From the NCBI GenBank assembly GCA_038087875.1, contig CM075989.1, positions 14,880,001 to 14,944,000 of the forward strand: a stretch of 64,000 nucleotides of DNA, written 5' to 3'. The position numbers and the translations under genes are program-made. The notes below the pieces were generated by a model that saw only the letters and a list, made by a program, of their open reading frames with translations, did not search any database and was not told where the DNA came from. Position 1 is the first letter of the stretch. Every line of letters starts with the position of its first letter. This DNA comes from Malacoraja senta (Eukaryota). Of the stretch, positions 1 to 12,490 are shown piece after piece.

Positions 1-67
1 GAAGTATTATAAATCAGAAAACAGCTATATTTACAGATAACAAGGTTCCACAAACATCAATGTTATA

Positions 68-196
68 TCTAAAAAAGGGTCTCAACCCGAAACGTCACCC
101 ATTGCTTCTCTCCAGAGATGCTGCCTGTCCCGCTGAGTTACTCCAGCATTTTGTGTCTACCTTTGATTTAAACCAGCATCTGCAGTTCTTTCCTAC
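68..196 (+). mobile_element. Short Penelope-like terminal-repeat insertion with 14-bp TSD
   Basis: acatcaatgttata at 54-67 and 197-210; body matches the repeat found 3' of GIY-YIG fragments elsewhere in the window. Confidence 0.8.
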
Positions 197-339
197 ACAT
201 CAATGTTATACTGAAGGGTACGGTAGATCAGATAGCCAGGAAAAAAGTAGGGGCATTAGGAACAACAGGGGCAATCTGTGTGTGTAGCCAGAATGTCTGA
301 AACGAATAACATTCACAAAGGAAAATAATGTTGTTGCTG

Positions 340-850
340 TAGAATTCAGTGAAAGGGTAGGTTCAATTGTAGCACGTCTCCATAAATAAAGATGATTTAC
401 TCAAATCTTTAATGCGCTATATGGAGGATAAATCAGGGTCAGATGGGATATATCCCTGGCTGCAAAGTAGATATGATCGAGGTACAGGAAGTTATGAGTG
501 ATATAGATAGGGTACACTGCAGGAAACTTCTCCCATTATCAATGACAAATAAAGCTACAGGCAAATAAGGACACTGATTTAGGGTAAGGAGTAAGAGAAT
601 TTGATGAGATCTGAGGGGGAACCTTCTTCATCCAGAGAGTGGTGATTACCTGGAACAAACTCCCAGTGAGAGTGATGGAAGCAGTGGCATTGACAGCATT
701 TAATGGCCTAGATATTCGCTTAGGCATAGGACACTTTGTTCTTTTTTTCTGTTTGAATTTCTGTTAGAAATGGGATTAATCTGCATGGGTGTCCATTGGT
801 TGGTGTGGAATTGGTGGGCAAATGGCCTGTTTCCTGCTGTTGACTCAGTG
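340..850 (+). mobile_element. Degenerate CR1 LINE 3' fragments
   Basis: Similar to the 3' part of the LINE at 13117-15977 (e.g. ttcatccagagagtggtg...tggaac, ggcctgtttcctgctgt). Confidence 0.6.
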
Positions 851-2933
851 ACACCATGAACATATTATATGATCGATGTATCTGATTAAAATCACAATAG
901 CAAACAGCATTCGAGCCCAAAATTAACTGCAGCATTTCACTTGAAAAATCCATCAGCGCATTTCAGCCACAAGCCAAAGTTAATCTAATGTTTGATGTAT
1001 GATTTCTTTTCATTGTCTAATATGATTTTGTTTACTTGACAGGTTCATTTCCCCCTAAATGTTGTCATTCATCTGTCATAATAGCTGGAAGATAGAGATG
1101 GGTTAAGGTGACGGGAGACAGCTTTGAGCACAAGAAACGTGGGCAAATATGTTCCTTCAGGTGACGAGAAGTCTGGAGGAACAGCATTGTTTGACTCAAT
1201 TTCCGGTCAGTCAGGCTGACTTCTCTGTCAGGCAGCAAAGACCAGACATAGTTAGGGAGCAACACGGACATAGAAATGGAGAGAGAGACCGGTAACCATG
1301 TTTGGAGATGGGGATGGAGGTCGTGGATGTCGGCTGCGGAAAATTTGGAAGAGTAGTGAACATCTGGTGAAAGGGAACGGAGGAGTCATAGGGACATCAG
1401 AAGATCCATAACTAGCTTGTCAAAATATCCCATTCCATCTCAGTGCTGAAATTGCTGCCCCAAACCTTTAATCTTTTAATAGGTATTTTCAGAGCAATTA
1501 CTTTCTTGCATAGCTGAGATAATTGTACATCCAGCAGGTCGGTCCCTGGTGAGTTCTGTGCATTCACTTGGCCCTAGTTTTCTTAATCTCCTTCATGTTG
1601 AGAGGCTTATCTTACTGTTTCTACTGCTCTGTTTCTAATTGGGAAAGCTTATTGTGTTAAGGCATGCATTGCTCGATGGGCGCTGGGGAACATTCCATGA
1701 ATTGTGTTTTATTTTTGTAGAATACCATGAATGTCGGGTTAATCTCCTCTTTCCTGGTCAGAATTCCCTTCTCTCCTTTAATTATGTATTTGTGACAATG
1801 CTGCATTTTTTGAACAGATATTTCCCTTCTATTTATCAATGAATGTAAGTATGATTACTAAATGCTAATTTCAATTTAATGAATTAAATCCTCCGTATAA
1901 AACACAACCCACTTAACACAATGGAATAATCTGCCTTAATGGTACTATGCATGGGAGATGCAGAATTATGCTTTTCAGCATAAACAGCGAATCAAAAGTA
2001 TCTAGAAAATGTATTGTTATTACCTATGTAGATGTGACTTTATACCTATAACAATAAAGGAATTTAAGAAGGTACCACGGGCCTTTATATTAATAGAAGT
2101 GTTAAGAATTTAAAGGAAAATACCTTCGGGTTCCAAGAATTCCAAAGAGGTGAAGGTTTGTAGGTTTATTGGCTTCTGTAAATTGTCCCGAGTGTGTAGA
2201 ACAATGTGGGTGGGTGATCGATGGTTGGCATGGACTTGGTGGGCTGAAGGGTCTGTTTCCATGCTGTATCCCTAAGCTAAACTAAGCTGGTACTTCAATC
2301 CATGTCTGTTAAATTTACATTTTATATTTTGTACATTTGGTGACTCTTGATTACCAGGTAAAATGCTTAGTTTGAAAGAAAATTATCTACATTTCCAGTC
2401 CAACAGTATTGGCATTGACATTCTCTGGCTCAGTAAAAAAATTAATCGCACCAGGCTCGCTTCTAACATTTCACTCAAATGTTTGTGAGTGAATGTGTAT
2501 CTAACCATCACCCTCATCTGAAACTATAATAAAATAATGAAGCAGCTACTGGAACAATCTGTGTGGCTTTGATTTGGTGTTCATACTTGGCAGCTACAGG
2601 TGCAGAAGTTGAGGTAGTTAAAGTGGAATACTGGTCTAAAGAAGGTCAGAAGATGAGAAGGCACGCAGCAGTAAAGGTTATGTCCCCCTTTGTGCGTTTA
2701 CTGTTTTTGTTATGAAGATTGGCATTATGATCGGATTACTGTTCAGGATGCATGAACGGAGGGATGCTATAGGGCCATGTCGATACCACAGTGGGGTGCT
2801 CTGCAGAGAGTCTGCTAACTCAATTACAAGTCCACTGAATTAGCTTCACTGCTGACAGATAAAGGAAGGAAAAGTCAGCTTGATGTTCCAGATCTTACTG
2901 CTATTCACTGCCCTAGTTTGCAGTGCCGAACTC

Positions 2934-3060
2934 AAGAGTTAAGAGTGTTTTATTGTCATATATCCCAGATAGAACAATGAAATTCTTACTTGCAGTAGCA
3001 CAACAGAATATGTAAACATAGTACTCTGTAAACTATATAATAAACAAGCAAAAAAGTTGT
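2934..3060 (-). mobile_element. Rex1/Babar-like LINE 3' end
   Basis: tttattgtcat...aacaatgaaattcttacttgcag pattern; related pieces near 36920-37050, 43250-43420 and 51760-52040. Confidence 0.45.
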
Positions 3061-3701
3061 GTGTGTGTGCGTGCGACAACCCAGGGGCCTCACCATAGCT
3101 TTCCCCCAAGAAGTGAACCTTTTTATGTATGACATCATTGCTCAATTAGATCTACCAGGGTGAAACATGGATTGGATCATTAAGCTGTTTATTCCCAGTG
3201 AGTTTAATAGAAAATGTAGGTTCATTCAGATATACATTTGCATGATAATGTAACTATAGGGATATTCAATATTTCCAGAATTGAAGAGTCATGTATCTCA
3301 GTTAAAGAGATTTTCCAATAACCTCCAATATTTTTAATCTCTGTATCAGCAATTGCCTTTATAATTTTTCCTGCACTTGCAGCTGTACTTTGGGTGACAA
3401 AGACCTCAGCCTTCTTCAATTACCATCTCCTAGCAAGAAACCAATTGCCAGGTTTTCCAACACAATGTCACAGTGATGTTTGCTGTTCACACAAATGAGA
3501 TGAAAAATGTGCTTTGTTCAGTCTCTCGGTGAAAGAAGTTCCTTCATTTTTGAAACATGTAAGGGTAAACACTGCTGTTAAATACCCAAGACTGGTGGAA
3601 ATGCAAAACCAATTCCCAATAATTACTTTTTTAATCTGATTTGTAATGAGGGGACCAAATTTAGTGGCAGCACCATGTACTGAACGTCATCTCAGATGAG
3701 T

Positions 3702-3715
3702 CCACTAGATGGTGC
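3702..3715 (+). promoter_or_regulatory. CTCF core motif
   Basis: CCACTAGATGGTGC is a close match to the CTCF core consensus and lies in non-repeat sequence. Confidence 0.5.
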
Positions 3716-3907
3716 CATGATCTGCCACATCTATCCACTAACTCTCACACACATTACACACAATGATAATGGCCCAGAACTGGAGGCTTTAAAATAGAGA
3801 AACTACCAGCATTATTTTGTGGAATTAACAGGAACTCAGGCATTCATTTATGTTCATATAAATATAGAAATCCCAAAACTGTTATCGGTGACACTTATTA
3901 GTTATAA

Positions 3908-4222
3908 GTGGCAGCACAGTGGCACGGCTGGTAGAGCTGCTGCCTCACAGCACCAGAGATACGGGTTCGATTTTGACCTCATGTGCTGTCTGTGTGGAGT
4001 TTGCACGTTCTCTCTATGACCGCGTGAGTTTCCTCTGGGTGCTCTGGCTTCCTCCCACATCACAAAGACAGGCGGGTTTGTTAGTTAATCAGCCTCTGTA
4101 AATTGCCCCCAGCGTGTAAGGAGAGGATGCGAAAATGGGATTACATAGAACTGGTGTGAACGGGTTGACTCAATGGGACGAAGGACCTATTTCCATGCTG
4201 TATCGCTAAACTAAACTAAACT
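3908..4222 (+). mobile_element. HE1-type tRNA-derived V-SINE, full length
   Basis: tRNA-like head with B box (gggttcgatt), central gtgtggagtttgcacgttctc...ttcctcccacat domain, CR1-like tail ending (CTAAA)n. Confidence 0.85.
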
Positions 4223-4469
4223 GATATTTAAAGCCGTGTTAGCAAAGGAAAGTAGTGCAGAATTAGTCAAACAAGTAGGACTTCAACACTTATATTCTGA
4301 CAGCAAAGTTCCACTGAAATGGTAATGCCTAAGAATTTATCTCAAGTCAGCAGTGCTAAATGTAGCAAATATTATACCGTGGTGGCAGCCCATAGAACGT
4401 TGCTCTCATCAGTCATGATTTTTATGAATGCTATTGACAGGTAATGGTTTTCAATGGAACTGAAATGTA

Positions 4470-4650
4470 AATACAAGAAACTGAGATGCTGGTCTACAAA
4501 AAAAGACACAAAGCGCTGGAGTAACTCAGCGGGCCAGGCACCATCTATATATGTGGATAGGTGACGTTTTGGGTCAGGACCAGAAATGTTGCCAGCCATG
4601 TTCTCCAGAGATGCTGCCTGACACGCTGAGTTACTCCAGCACAGTGTCTG
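4470..4650. mobile_element. Penelope-like terminal repeat, inverted pair
   Basis: gctggagtaactcagcg ... cgctgagttactccagc arms. Confidence 0.7.
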
Positions 4651-4903
4651 AAATTAATGTAAAGTAGAATACATTATTGTAAAGAATCAGGATGGATTTC
4701 ATGGCTTATGCCTTATAAATGGGGTATAAAAAAGTTTTTTAAACTGCATGCTGTCATAATAATTACTGAACAACTATAAAGGAATGTTTTAATGTGTGAA
4801 GACTTAACTTCCTCAGATTTATTATTTTAAACTGTTGTAAGTGTTAATATAGTCAGGATTTTACATATATTTTGCCTTCTACCTTTATACATATACATGA
4901 TCC

Positions 4904-5200
4904 TGTGCCTGTGCCTGTGCCTGTGCCTGTCAGTCCGTGTACAAGATGGCGGTCGGAGGGGAGAGTGGACGCTGGCGCGAATTGGTCGCCGCTGCTCTCT
5001 CCTCAAATTGTGTTTCTTATTTTCTTTTGGTGCTTTTGAAATTGAATTCTGTCCTTGATTTGTGTACTGTGGTGTTTTTTTATTTAATTTATTCCGATTA
5101 TGTGTTTTTTGTTTTGTTGTGATTCTATGCATTGTAAGGTGTCCTTGGGTTTTAGAAAGGCGCCAGTAAATAAAATGATTATTATTATTATTATTATTAT
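4904..5200 (+). mobile_element. Short L2-like non-autonomous element with (ATT)n tail and 5' (CCTGTG)n
   Basis: CAAGATGGCG head (4942-4951), tail gtgtccttggg..tagaaaggcgc..taaataaaatg(att)n, and atgatcc at 4897-4903 and 5199-5205. Confidence 0.6.
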
Positions 5201-5879
5201 GATCCAATCATTATTTCCCTCTCTATAACATATTTTAAATGTACTAAAAATTGAAGCTTACACAAATGAAACAACACAGCCGTGCAAGCATGCTGCTTAA
5301 TCAATTACAACGCAGAAGAAATAATCATCTGAATGAAGTCACAACTAGACTCTTAAAGCACTTTATCTTGATCGTATCAATATGCTATCCAAATACCATG
5401 ATGTTTCTACATTATTTTTCACGCACAAGTTTCTCCAAATCCAGCCCTCGATATTCAGATTGTTTTATTACTAGGTCCGACAGATCTGCTGTAGATGGGA
5501 AAGCAGTGATCAGTGTCACAGAGCCTAGTTGCATGAAATTATTCAAGATTAGTGGCACGTGTTATCACTGTGTAACTGATCGGGGAATGTACAGCACTGA
5601 AACAGGACATTAAATCTGCAGCATTGAAATAGGCCAAATGACCCAACTGGTCCATGCCAATATTTCCAAATCTCCACCTTCAAATTCCTGTGTTATACAA
5701 ATCAAAAATGACTAAAATGTTCAAACATACATCAAAGCTGCAGGAATCAGTCTTCTGGCTATAAAATGTAATGATAGGTAATCAGACAACCTTACCCATT
5801 GTTTCCAAAGCTCAAGTATTTTTCATAATCTTTGATTAATTTGCTTGTGGAATGCAATAGTTTGACTGTAATATTACAA

Positions 5880-6240
5880 GAATTTCCCTTTAATCCCCCA
5901 TCTTTCCCCTGTTCCCTTCCACCTTTATCCTCTCTCTACTTTACATTTCACTCCTCTTCCTCCCATATGTGGCACCTTTCTCTCCATTTCTCCTCTAACA
6001 TTTGTCACTATCTCCACCTATCTGCCCATCAACCCTCCTTGCCTGTGTCCACCTGTCACTTGCCAAACTTGCCCCACAGCTCAACTCTCTCCTACCAAAT
6101 ATCTCCCCTCTACTCCATTAGTCCGAAGAAGGGTACTGACCCAAAGTGTCATCTGTCATTTCCCTCTACATATGCTGCCTGCCTCGCTGCGTTCCTCCAG
6201 CCTTTTGTTTTTTGCTCAAGGTTCCAGCATCTACAGATCC
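5880..6240 (+). mobile_element. Degenerate Penelope-like 3' region/terminal repeat
   Basis: Pyrimidine-rich tract followed by a decayed agtc.gaagaaggg...gaccc unit. Confidence 0.55.
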
Positions 6241-6600
6241 TAGTTTCACCAATTTCCTTTTCCAGTCCTTGAGGCGGCTGCAAAAACAACTTAGGTGGTG
6301 GAAGGGGGTGGAAGGGGGTCTGTGGATGTTCCTACCCCAGTTCCTTTGGGAAAGTACTCCTTTTTTGTTCCGTGCCCTGTTTTTGGTTCAAATTACATCG
6401 TGTGTACACACCAGCTGTGGGACTGTATTCATGAATATGTCTATTATTTTGTGACACAGCTCTGCTTAATATTGCTCCATTCAGGTGATAGAAATCAAGA
6501 CATTTTGTGTTGTATTTTACCATTGCTATCAACAAATTGGAAGGCCTTGATGGAAGCTGCCTCCATTTTCCTTCTGCAGTCTTCATATGTCATATGTCAA

Positions 6601-6845
6601 AGATAGACAGAAAAAGCTGGATTAACTTAGTGGGTCATGCAGCATCTCTGGAGAAAAGGAATAGGTCGGATTGAGATCTTTCTCCAGACTGAGAGTCATG
6701 GGAAAGGGAAACAAGAGAGATAGACGGTGATATTGAGAGATATAGAACAAAATATATGCAAAAATGTAACAATGATAAAGGAAACAGGCCATTATTAGTT
6801 GTGGGCTAGGTGAAAACGAGTTACAGACAATGAAAGTCACCAGGA
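6601..6845 (-). mobile_element. Penelope-like terminal repeat fragment
   Basis: Reverse-complement similarity to 10400-10640 and same-strand similarity to 33100-33330. Confidence 0.7.
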
Positions 6846-6934
6846 TGACCACATCATCTCCATGCTGCAACTTGGCAGCCATTGGCCCGCCGTCACTGCA
6901 GCACCATCAGACAATTCCCTGTGAAAACACATAA

Positions 6935-7470
6935 GGTAATAAGTGATAGGATAGAATTAGGCCATTCGGCCCATCAAGTCTACCGTCATTCAATCATGGC
7001 TGATCTATCTCTCCCTCCTCTCCTGCCTTCATCCCATAACCCCTGACACCCGCACTAATCAAGAATCTATCCAAGATGGGCTTTATAATAAATGTTGTTT
7101 GCAAGGTAGAAACATAGTAATTAGATTTCCCACCTTAAGGACATTAGTGAAACAATTGTTTTTCCTATTATCTGGCCATTTCTGCCTTAAAAATATCCAT
7201 TAACGGCCTCCACAGCCTTATGCTGCAAAGAATTCCGCCGATACACCATCCACTGACGAAAGACATTCCTCCTCATCTTCTTCCTAAAGGAACATCCTTT
7301 AATTCTGAGGCCATGACCTCCAGTCCTAGACTCTCACACTAGTGGAAACATCCTCTCCACTTCCACTCTATCCAGGCTTTTCACTATTCGGTAAGTTTCA
7401 ATGAGGTCCCCCCTTATTCTTCTAAACTCCAGCGAGTACAGGCCCAGTGCCGTCAAATGCTCATTATATG
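6935..7470 (-). mobile_element. CR1 LINE 3' fragment (interrupted)
   Basis: ggccattcggcccatc...ttcaatcatggctgatc and ctagactctc...ggaaacatcctc are the reverse complement of a CR1 3' end. Confidence 0.75.
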
Positions 7471-8325
7471 CTATCATAGCACATCTGAAAGTGGTCCTTC
7501 ATTTCATAGATGCGAACTGGTCACCATGTTTTATAACTTAAACTTTCAAAAAAAGACTTTCATTTCTATGGCACTGAACAATATCTCAACACCACAAAAT
7601 TCTTTGTGATGACCTCCTTTGGATTACTACAGAGCAAAATCTTTTGTGTGTAATGAAGCATTGAACAGTAATTAATGTTGATGCATGAATCATCTGGTTG
7701 GTTGAATGTTTAACTATTCTGCAGATGGATAAGAACTTCGTAAAACAGGGGCACCATTAGGCATTCCAGAGGATCATAGGTTCAACACTAGTTATCAGGG
7801 TTAGTAAGCTGATACAAGACTGAGTCCTAGTGAACTGATAACAGGGATATTCAAAGCATCATCATCAATGCCATTGATACACAGAAAGGAAGCATTGCTT
7901 TTAAGAGATTAGCAGCCTGATTGTCTCCTGTGATCTTTCACAGAGGTCATAATTGAGGTGAAGTGAAAGGCCACTGAAGAGGAGTTATATTTAACACAGA
8001 AAATAAACCTACAGCTGGCTTCAAAACCGCTCTAGCACAGGTCACCTCTAGTGCTGTTGCCAGGTCAGCTGCATCACTTTCATCACTGGGACTTATTGGG
8101 GAGCTCAGGCATGGAGCAATTTAAAGAGGCTGGTGGTGGGATGATAACTGATAAATGCACTGGCATCCCTGCTTATCTGGAGAGAAAACGCACAGCAAAG
8201 GCAGATGTCAGTATCCAAATAAACCTCCTTTTGTGCATTACCCGTGTGAGGTGCCATACTGCTTTGAAGTTCACAGCTTTGAGTATTTGTGTGGTTGTGA
8301 CAACAAGTTGAATTCTGTTTCATTC

Positions 8326-8522
8326 AGTTTCGTTTAGAGATACAAGGCAATTGACCGACAAATCTGCACGTCTTTAGAATGTGGGAACGAAACCAGAGCA
8401 CCATGAGAAAACCCACACGGTCACAGGGAGAACGTGCAAACTCCGCACAGACAGCACCCGTACTCAGGATTGAACACAGGTCTCTGGTGCTGTAAGCTGG
8501 CAACTCTAGCGCTGTGCCACCC
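8326..8522 (-). mobile_element. HE1-type V-SINE (internally deleted)
   Basis: Reverse complement of the SINE head and central domain. Confidence 0.75.
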
Positions 8523-9332
8523 TGTAAGTGACAGGACTGTGTTCTGTCACTTACACAACTCTACCGCTGTGCCACCCTGTAAGTGACAGGACTGTGGGAT
8601 ATAATGAAAATAAAGTTTGATTTTAATATGACTGTCTTTGTAACTAACAGTTCTTGATTCATGTGTAGAAAGGAACTGCTGATGCTGGTTTACACCGAAG
8701 AGAGAGGCAAAATGCCAGAGTAACTCAACGGGTCAGACAGCATCTCTTGAGAAAAGGAATAGGGTGACGTTTTGGGTCGAGACCCTAGGATTCATGCCAC
8801 TCTGCCAACCAGTTCCTTTGGAGCGGTAGGTTGCTCTGTCTACTTGTCCCCAGTTATGGCACAGGGAAGTATCTGCTCCATCAGCATCTGGGAGGGGTTT
8901 TTCCTCACTTGCTTCATGGTATTCAGATTACCATCATTTGCATAATGGTTGCTTACTCTTGCACCCTCTACATGCACAGTTACATAAATTACAATGCAGA
9001 ATCTTCACATTTAGTGTCAGAGTAAATCAGCACGTGTTCTACAAATTGCAAAGACCAAAAGCCGCCGGTGGGATTAAGGTTGGCAATGAGGCAAAAACTT
9101 AAGTTGGCTGCAGTTCCTGGTTGTCCATGACACATTGAAAGTATTCTCCCACTTGGGTGGGTTGGCTGGAGTAAAGCATGTCCCATATCAAGAGGAAGTT
9201 ACTGTGGCTGCATTTTCCCCTCACCCCCTCCCCCAGTCTGCAATCAATGGGAGAAATTTCCATCCTCTATTGTGTGTCTCGTCCCACACTATCATCACAC
9301 AGCAAGCAGGCCTCAGACTGTCTGAGCGCAGA

Positions 9333-9345
9333 GGTCAGCCTGACC
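9333..9345. promoter_or_regulatory. Perfect palindromic estrogen-response-element core
   Basis: GGTCA-gcc-TGACC, with extra GGTCA half sites within the next ~25 nt. Confidence 0.35.
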
Positions 9346-9547
9346 AGCAGGGTCAAAAGCCTGGTCAAAACTACAGCTGTACAATCAGATTTGCTCCAAA
9401 TTTTCAGCTGCTTACAATCAAAATCCCCCCTTGGTAAATTGTAGAAATTAACTTGTGATGTGATCTGAGGGTAAAACTTTCCAACTCTTGTTGGTAACTT
9501 TAAAAAGCTCCAAATCACCGTTCTCCTTTCACTGTCATTTGTGGACA

Positions 9548-9551
<4 letters not shown>

Positions 9552-9585
<34 letters not shown>
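9552..9585. repeat. (GT)n microsatellite
   Basis: About 17 GT units. Confidence 0.95.
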
Positions 9586-9589
<4 letters not shown>

Positions 9590-10269
9590 CATTGCGGTAA
9601 TGTGACACCATCTCAGGGGGAAGACAGGGCTAACAAAACAGTACCCAGGTCTGCTCCACCAAATGACTGGGGCTACAGTCAGTGTAAAGCCCGCGTCTTA
9701 TCTGCATATTCCTTGTTCAAAGAGTCATGAGGAAGTAAAAACAGAAAAACAACACTTATCAGAGCCCAGGACAGAAATATTCACAGCTCCTAACCTGGGT
9801 TGCTATATGTCACAGGAACTATTTAAATTATTTATTACTCAATTTGAAGTTTTTATAAGTTAGCAACAAGACTTGGAAATTTTCACAATATTACAGACAA
9901 GACCAGATCTTTGAAAAATGTTCAACATAAATCTTGGATCAATATTTAGTTCTGGGACTCGCTAAGTAAGGCTGGAATTGTTTGCTAAAATTATTTCTGT
10001 TCTATTAATCTCCTTACATTGATTCAGGCCGTTCTCTGATGGAGGCCTGCCTTGATATGTATCCTAAAACCTATAGTACTTACAGATCTCTGAAAGCTTA
10101 GTACCATAGTTATTTTAACATTTAAAGCACTGGTTTTCTTAACATGAAGAAATTAAATTAAATTAAATGTCAATCCTTCCATTGTCATATTCTTCTTGTG
10201 TCTCTAACCACCCCAGAGTTATCCGGGATCTCCCCATTCCTCCAGTTCTGGTCTCCAGTGGTCATGGTG

Positions 10270-10640
10270 AACTTCACAGCAAATTGAAGGAACAGGATCT
10301 CACATTTCGCTTGGGCAGCTTACAGACCAGTGGTATGAATATTGATTTATCTAACTTCAGGTAGCCTTGGCATTCCCTCTCCATCCCACCCAAGTTACAC
10401 TAGCCTCTCATTTTCTCCCAATAAACATCTACCAATGGCCTGTTTCCTTTATCATCGTTACTTTTTTGCATATCTTTCATTCATTGTTCTTTATCTCTCT
10501 ACATCATTGTTGAAATCTCGTTTCCCTTATTCCCCAAACCAGTCTGAAGAAGGGCCTCGACCCGAAACATCACCCATTCCTGTCCAGAGATGCTGCCTAT
10601 CCCGCTGAGTTACTCCAACATTTTGTGTCTATCTATCTTC
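10270..10640 (+). mobile_element. Penelope-like element 3' end (GIY-YIG C-terminus + terminal repeat)
   Basis: Encodes KLKEQDLTFRLGSLQTSGMNIDLSNFR*, typical of a PLE endonuclease end. Followed by the CTGAAGA...GAAAC hammerhead-type unit at 10544-10571. Confidence 0.8.
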
Positions 10641-11419
10641 GTGTTACAAAACAACATGTGCTGCAAGAAAGGTAGCATGGAGCTGTTGAACACCTCATGT
10701 ATAGTGTAGGTTCAGTGGGATTTAGCATGCTGTGTAAGCTTACAATGATTTCACATTCTTGGTGATCTGGTGGAAATGGTAGAAAGTTGGGATTTGGTAA
10801 TGGTGGAGATGTCCAGGCAGTTATCCCTTCTTTGATACGAGACATCCTTCATTCCAGCCAACCCACACCCAGTTTCTTATTGTACAGATGTGTGAAATCT
10901 CTTACCTTTAGCTCTCAGGACCGTTTCTTCTGAGAATAGATGTGATCCAGGGTGGAAAATGAGAACCCTGAGCAATTCACATTCATCTTATTCGAGATAC
11001 CACTATGCATTCATGTTAAAGTTATTGTCCACATAGCAGAGTGGCTCTAATAGTACTTGTCATGGAACCAAAACCCGCTGAGTACAACAACAGCAGCAGC
11101 AACATGCTGTCTTTTGTTTTGTAGGAGTCATGCGCATCATAATATTTTAAGAAACTTTACACACGTTAAGTCTGGGCTTGCCTGTAATTGCTCTCTGCCT
11201 AGACTTTAGAGGCTTTACTAAAAGAGCACAGACCCGATATGTTATGATACATGGTCAGCAGCATTTTAAAAAGTTATTCCACCCTTGTTAAATCAAATTA
11301 AATTTCTTACCAGAAAACCTCTGCTCACTCCCACACCTTGTTTTGGTTTATTGCTATTGTCATGTGCATCAAAATACAGTGACAAAACGTTGTTTTGTGG
11401 ACCACCCAGGCAAAAAAGG

Positions 11420-11810
11420 ATTAGAGAAGGGCAATAGATGTAATCAATATGAACTTTGGCAAGGCCTTTCACAAGCTCTCCCATGGTAGGCCGGATAGAA
11501 GGTTAGATCACATGGAATCCATGATGAGCCAGCCAGTTGGATTCAAAATTGAAGAGGTCAAAAGAATAATTGTGGAGAGTTGTTTTTTCGATTGGAGACC
11601 TGAGCCCAGTGGAGTTTCGAAGGGGCTGGTGCTGGGTCCACTGTCGTTTGTCATCTACATCATCAATTCAGTTGGCAGTGCAGTGAAAAATGTTAGTAAA
11701 TTGACAGATTACATCAAAATTAGTGGTACAGTGGACAGTGAGGAAGGATATCAATGTTTACAACAGGAGATCAGTTGGGAAGGAAGGAATGACAAATGGA
11801 ATTTAATTCT
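11420..11810 (+). mobile_element. Old CR1 RT fragment
   Basis: Degenerate FGKAFHKLSHG, SGVSKGLVLGPLSFVIYI, KLTDYIKISG motifs. Confidence 0.75.
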
Positions 11811-12269
11811 GAATACACGGCCACCAGGGGCAGTGTGATTACATTTGGAGGCATCAAGGGAGCATGATTGGAGGAATACAGAGACCTCAGATGTCACCAG
11901 GCTGAGCCAGTTTACAGAGAGGAGAAGTTAAGATCAAGGAGGGATTTGTCCAAATCCAAATGTCTTCAAATGACTTCACAGAAAGTGTGGATGAGAATCT
12001 TATTATTGTCAATTTGCTTAACCAAGACCAAGCAGGGCTCCAAGTTCAGGGATAGTGGGCAGATGGGACATAATGTAAATTCTGTCTTGGGTAGTAACAT
12101 TATGAATGACTTGAACTTTACAAAGGTTAGAATCAGAGCATTCAACCAGGAATACATTGTCTAGAGGTAACAAGATGGAGATGAGTATTTTAGCAACAGC
12201 TGAGTTAAGTCAAATAATATCTCAGATGGCACAGATAGTGGTCAAAAAATCGTATAGACATAGACCCAA

Positions 12270-12490
12270 GCAGCATGTAAACAGGCCCTTGGGCCCATTG
12301 AGTACACACCAACCACCTGTCTACACGAATCCTACAATGATCTAATTTTTCAACTCCTCCAGATTCCCATCAACTCCACCCAGAAGCCACCACTCACCTA
12401 CAAACTCAGGGCAATTCAGTGTCCATTTAACCTACCAACCCGCATGTCTTTGGAATATGCGAGGAAACTGAAGTACCTGGGGAAAACCTA
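12270..12490 (-). mobile_element. HE1-type V-SINE 3' half
   Basis: acaggccctt...attaacctaccaacccgcatgtctttggaat-type sequence. Confidence 0.7.

Noticed and set aside
3222-3432. Possible coding exon (ORF 3222-3419, nearby AG acceptor)
   Set aside because: All three frames hit stops right after the candidate acceptor, and the peptide is unrecognisable.
3908-3980. tRNA genes at SINE heads
   Set aside because: They are tRNA-derived SINE 5' regions continuing into the V-domain and LINE tail; no intact cloverleaf.
10900-11010. PYGO1 first exon suggested by a strong minus-strand donor AAG|GTAAGA
   Set aside because: The frames I translated upstream of the donor show no ATG-initiated peptide resembling PYGO1.
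11819-11835. CTCF motif ccaccaggggcag
   Set aside because: One G short of the core spacing.
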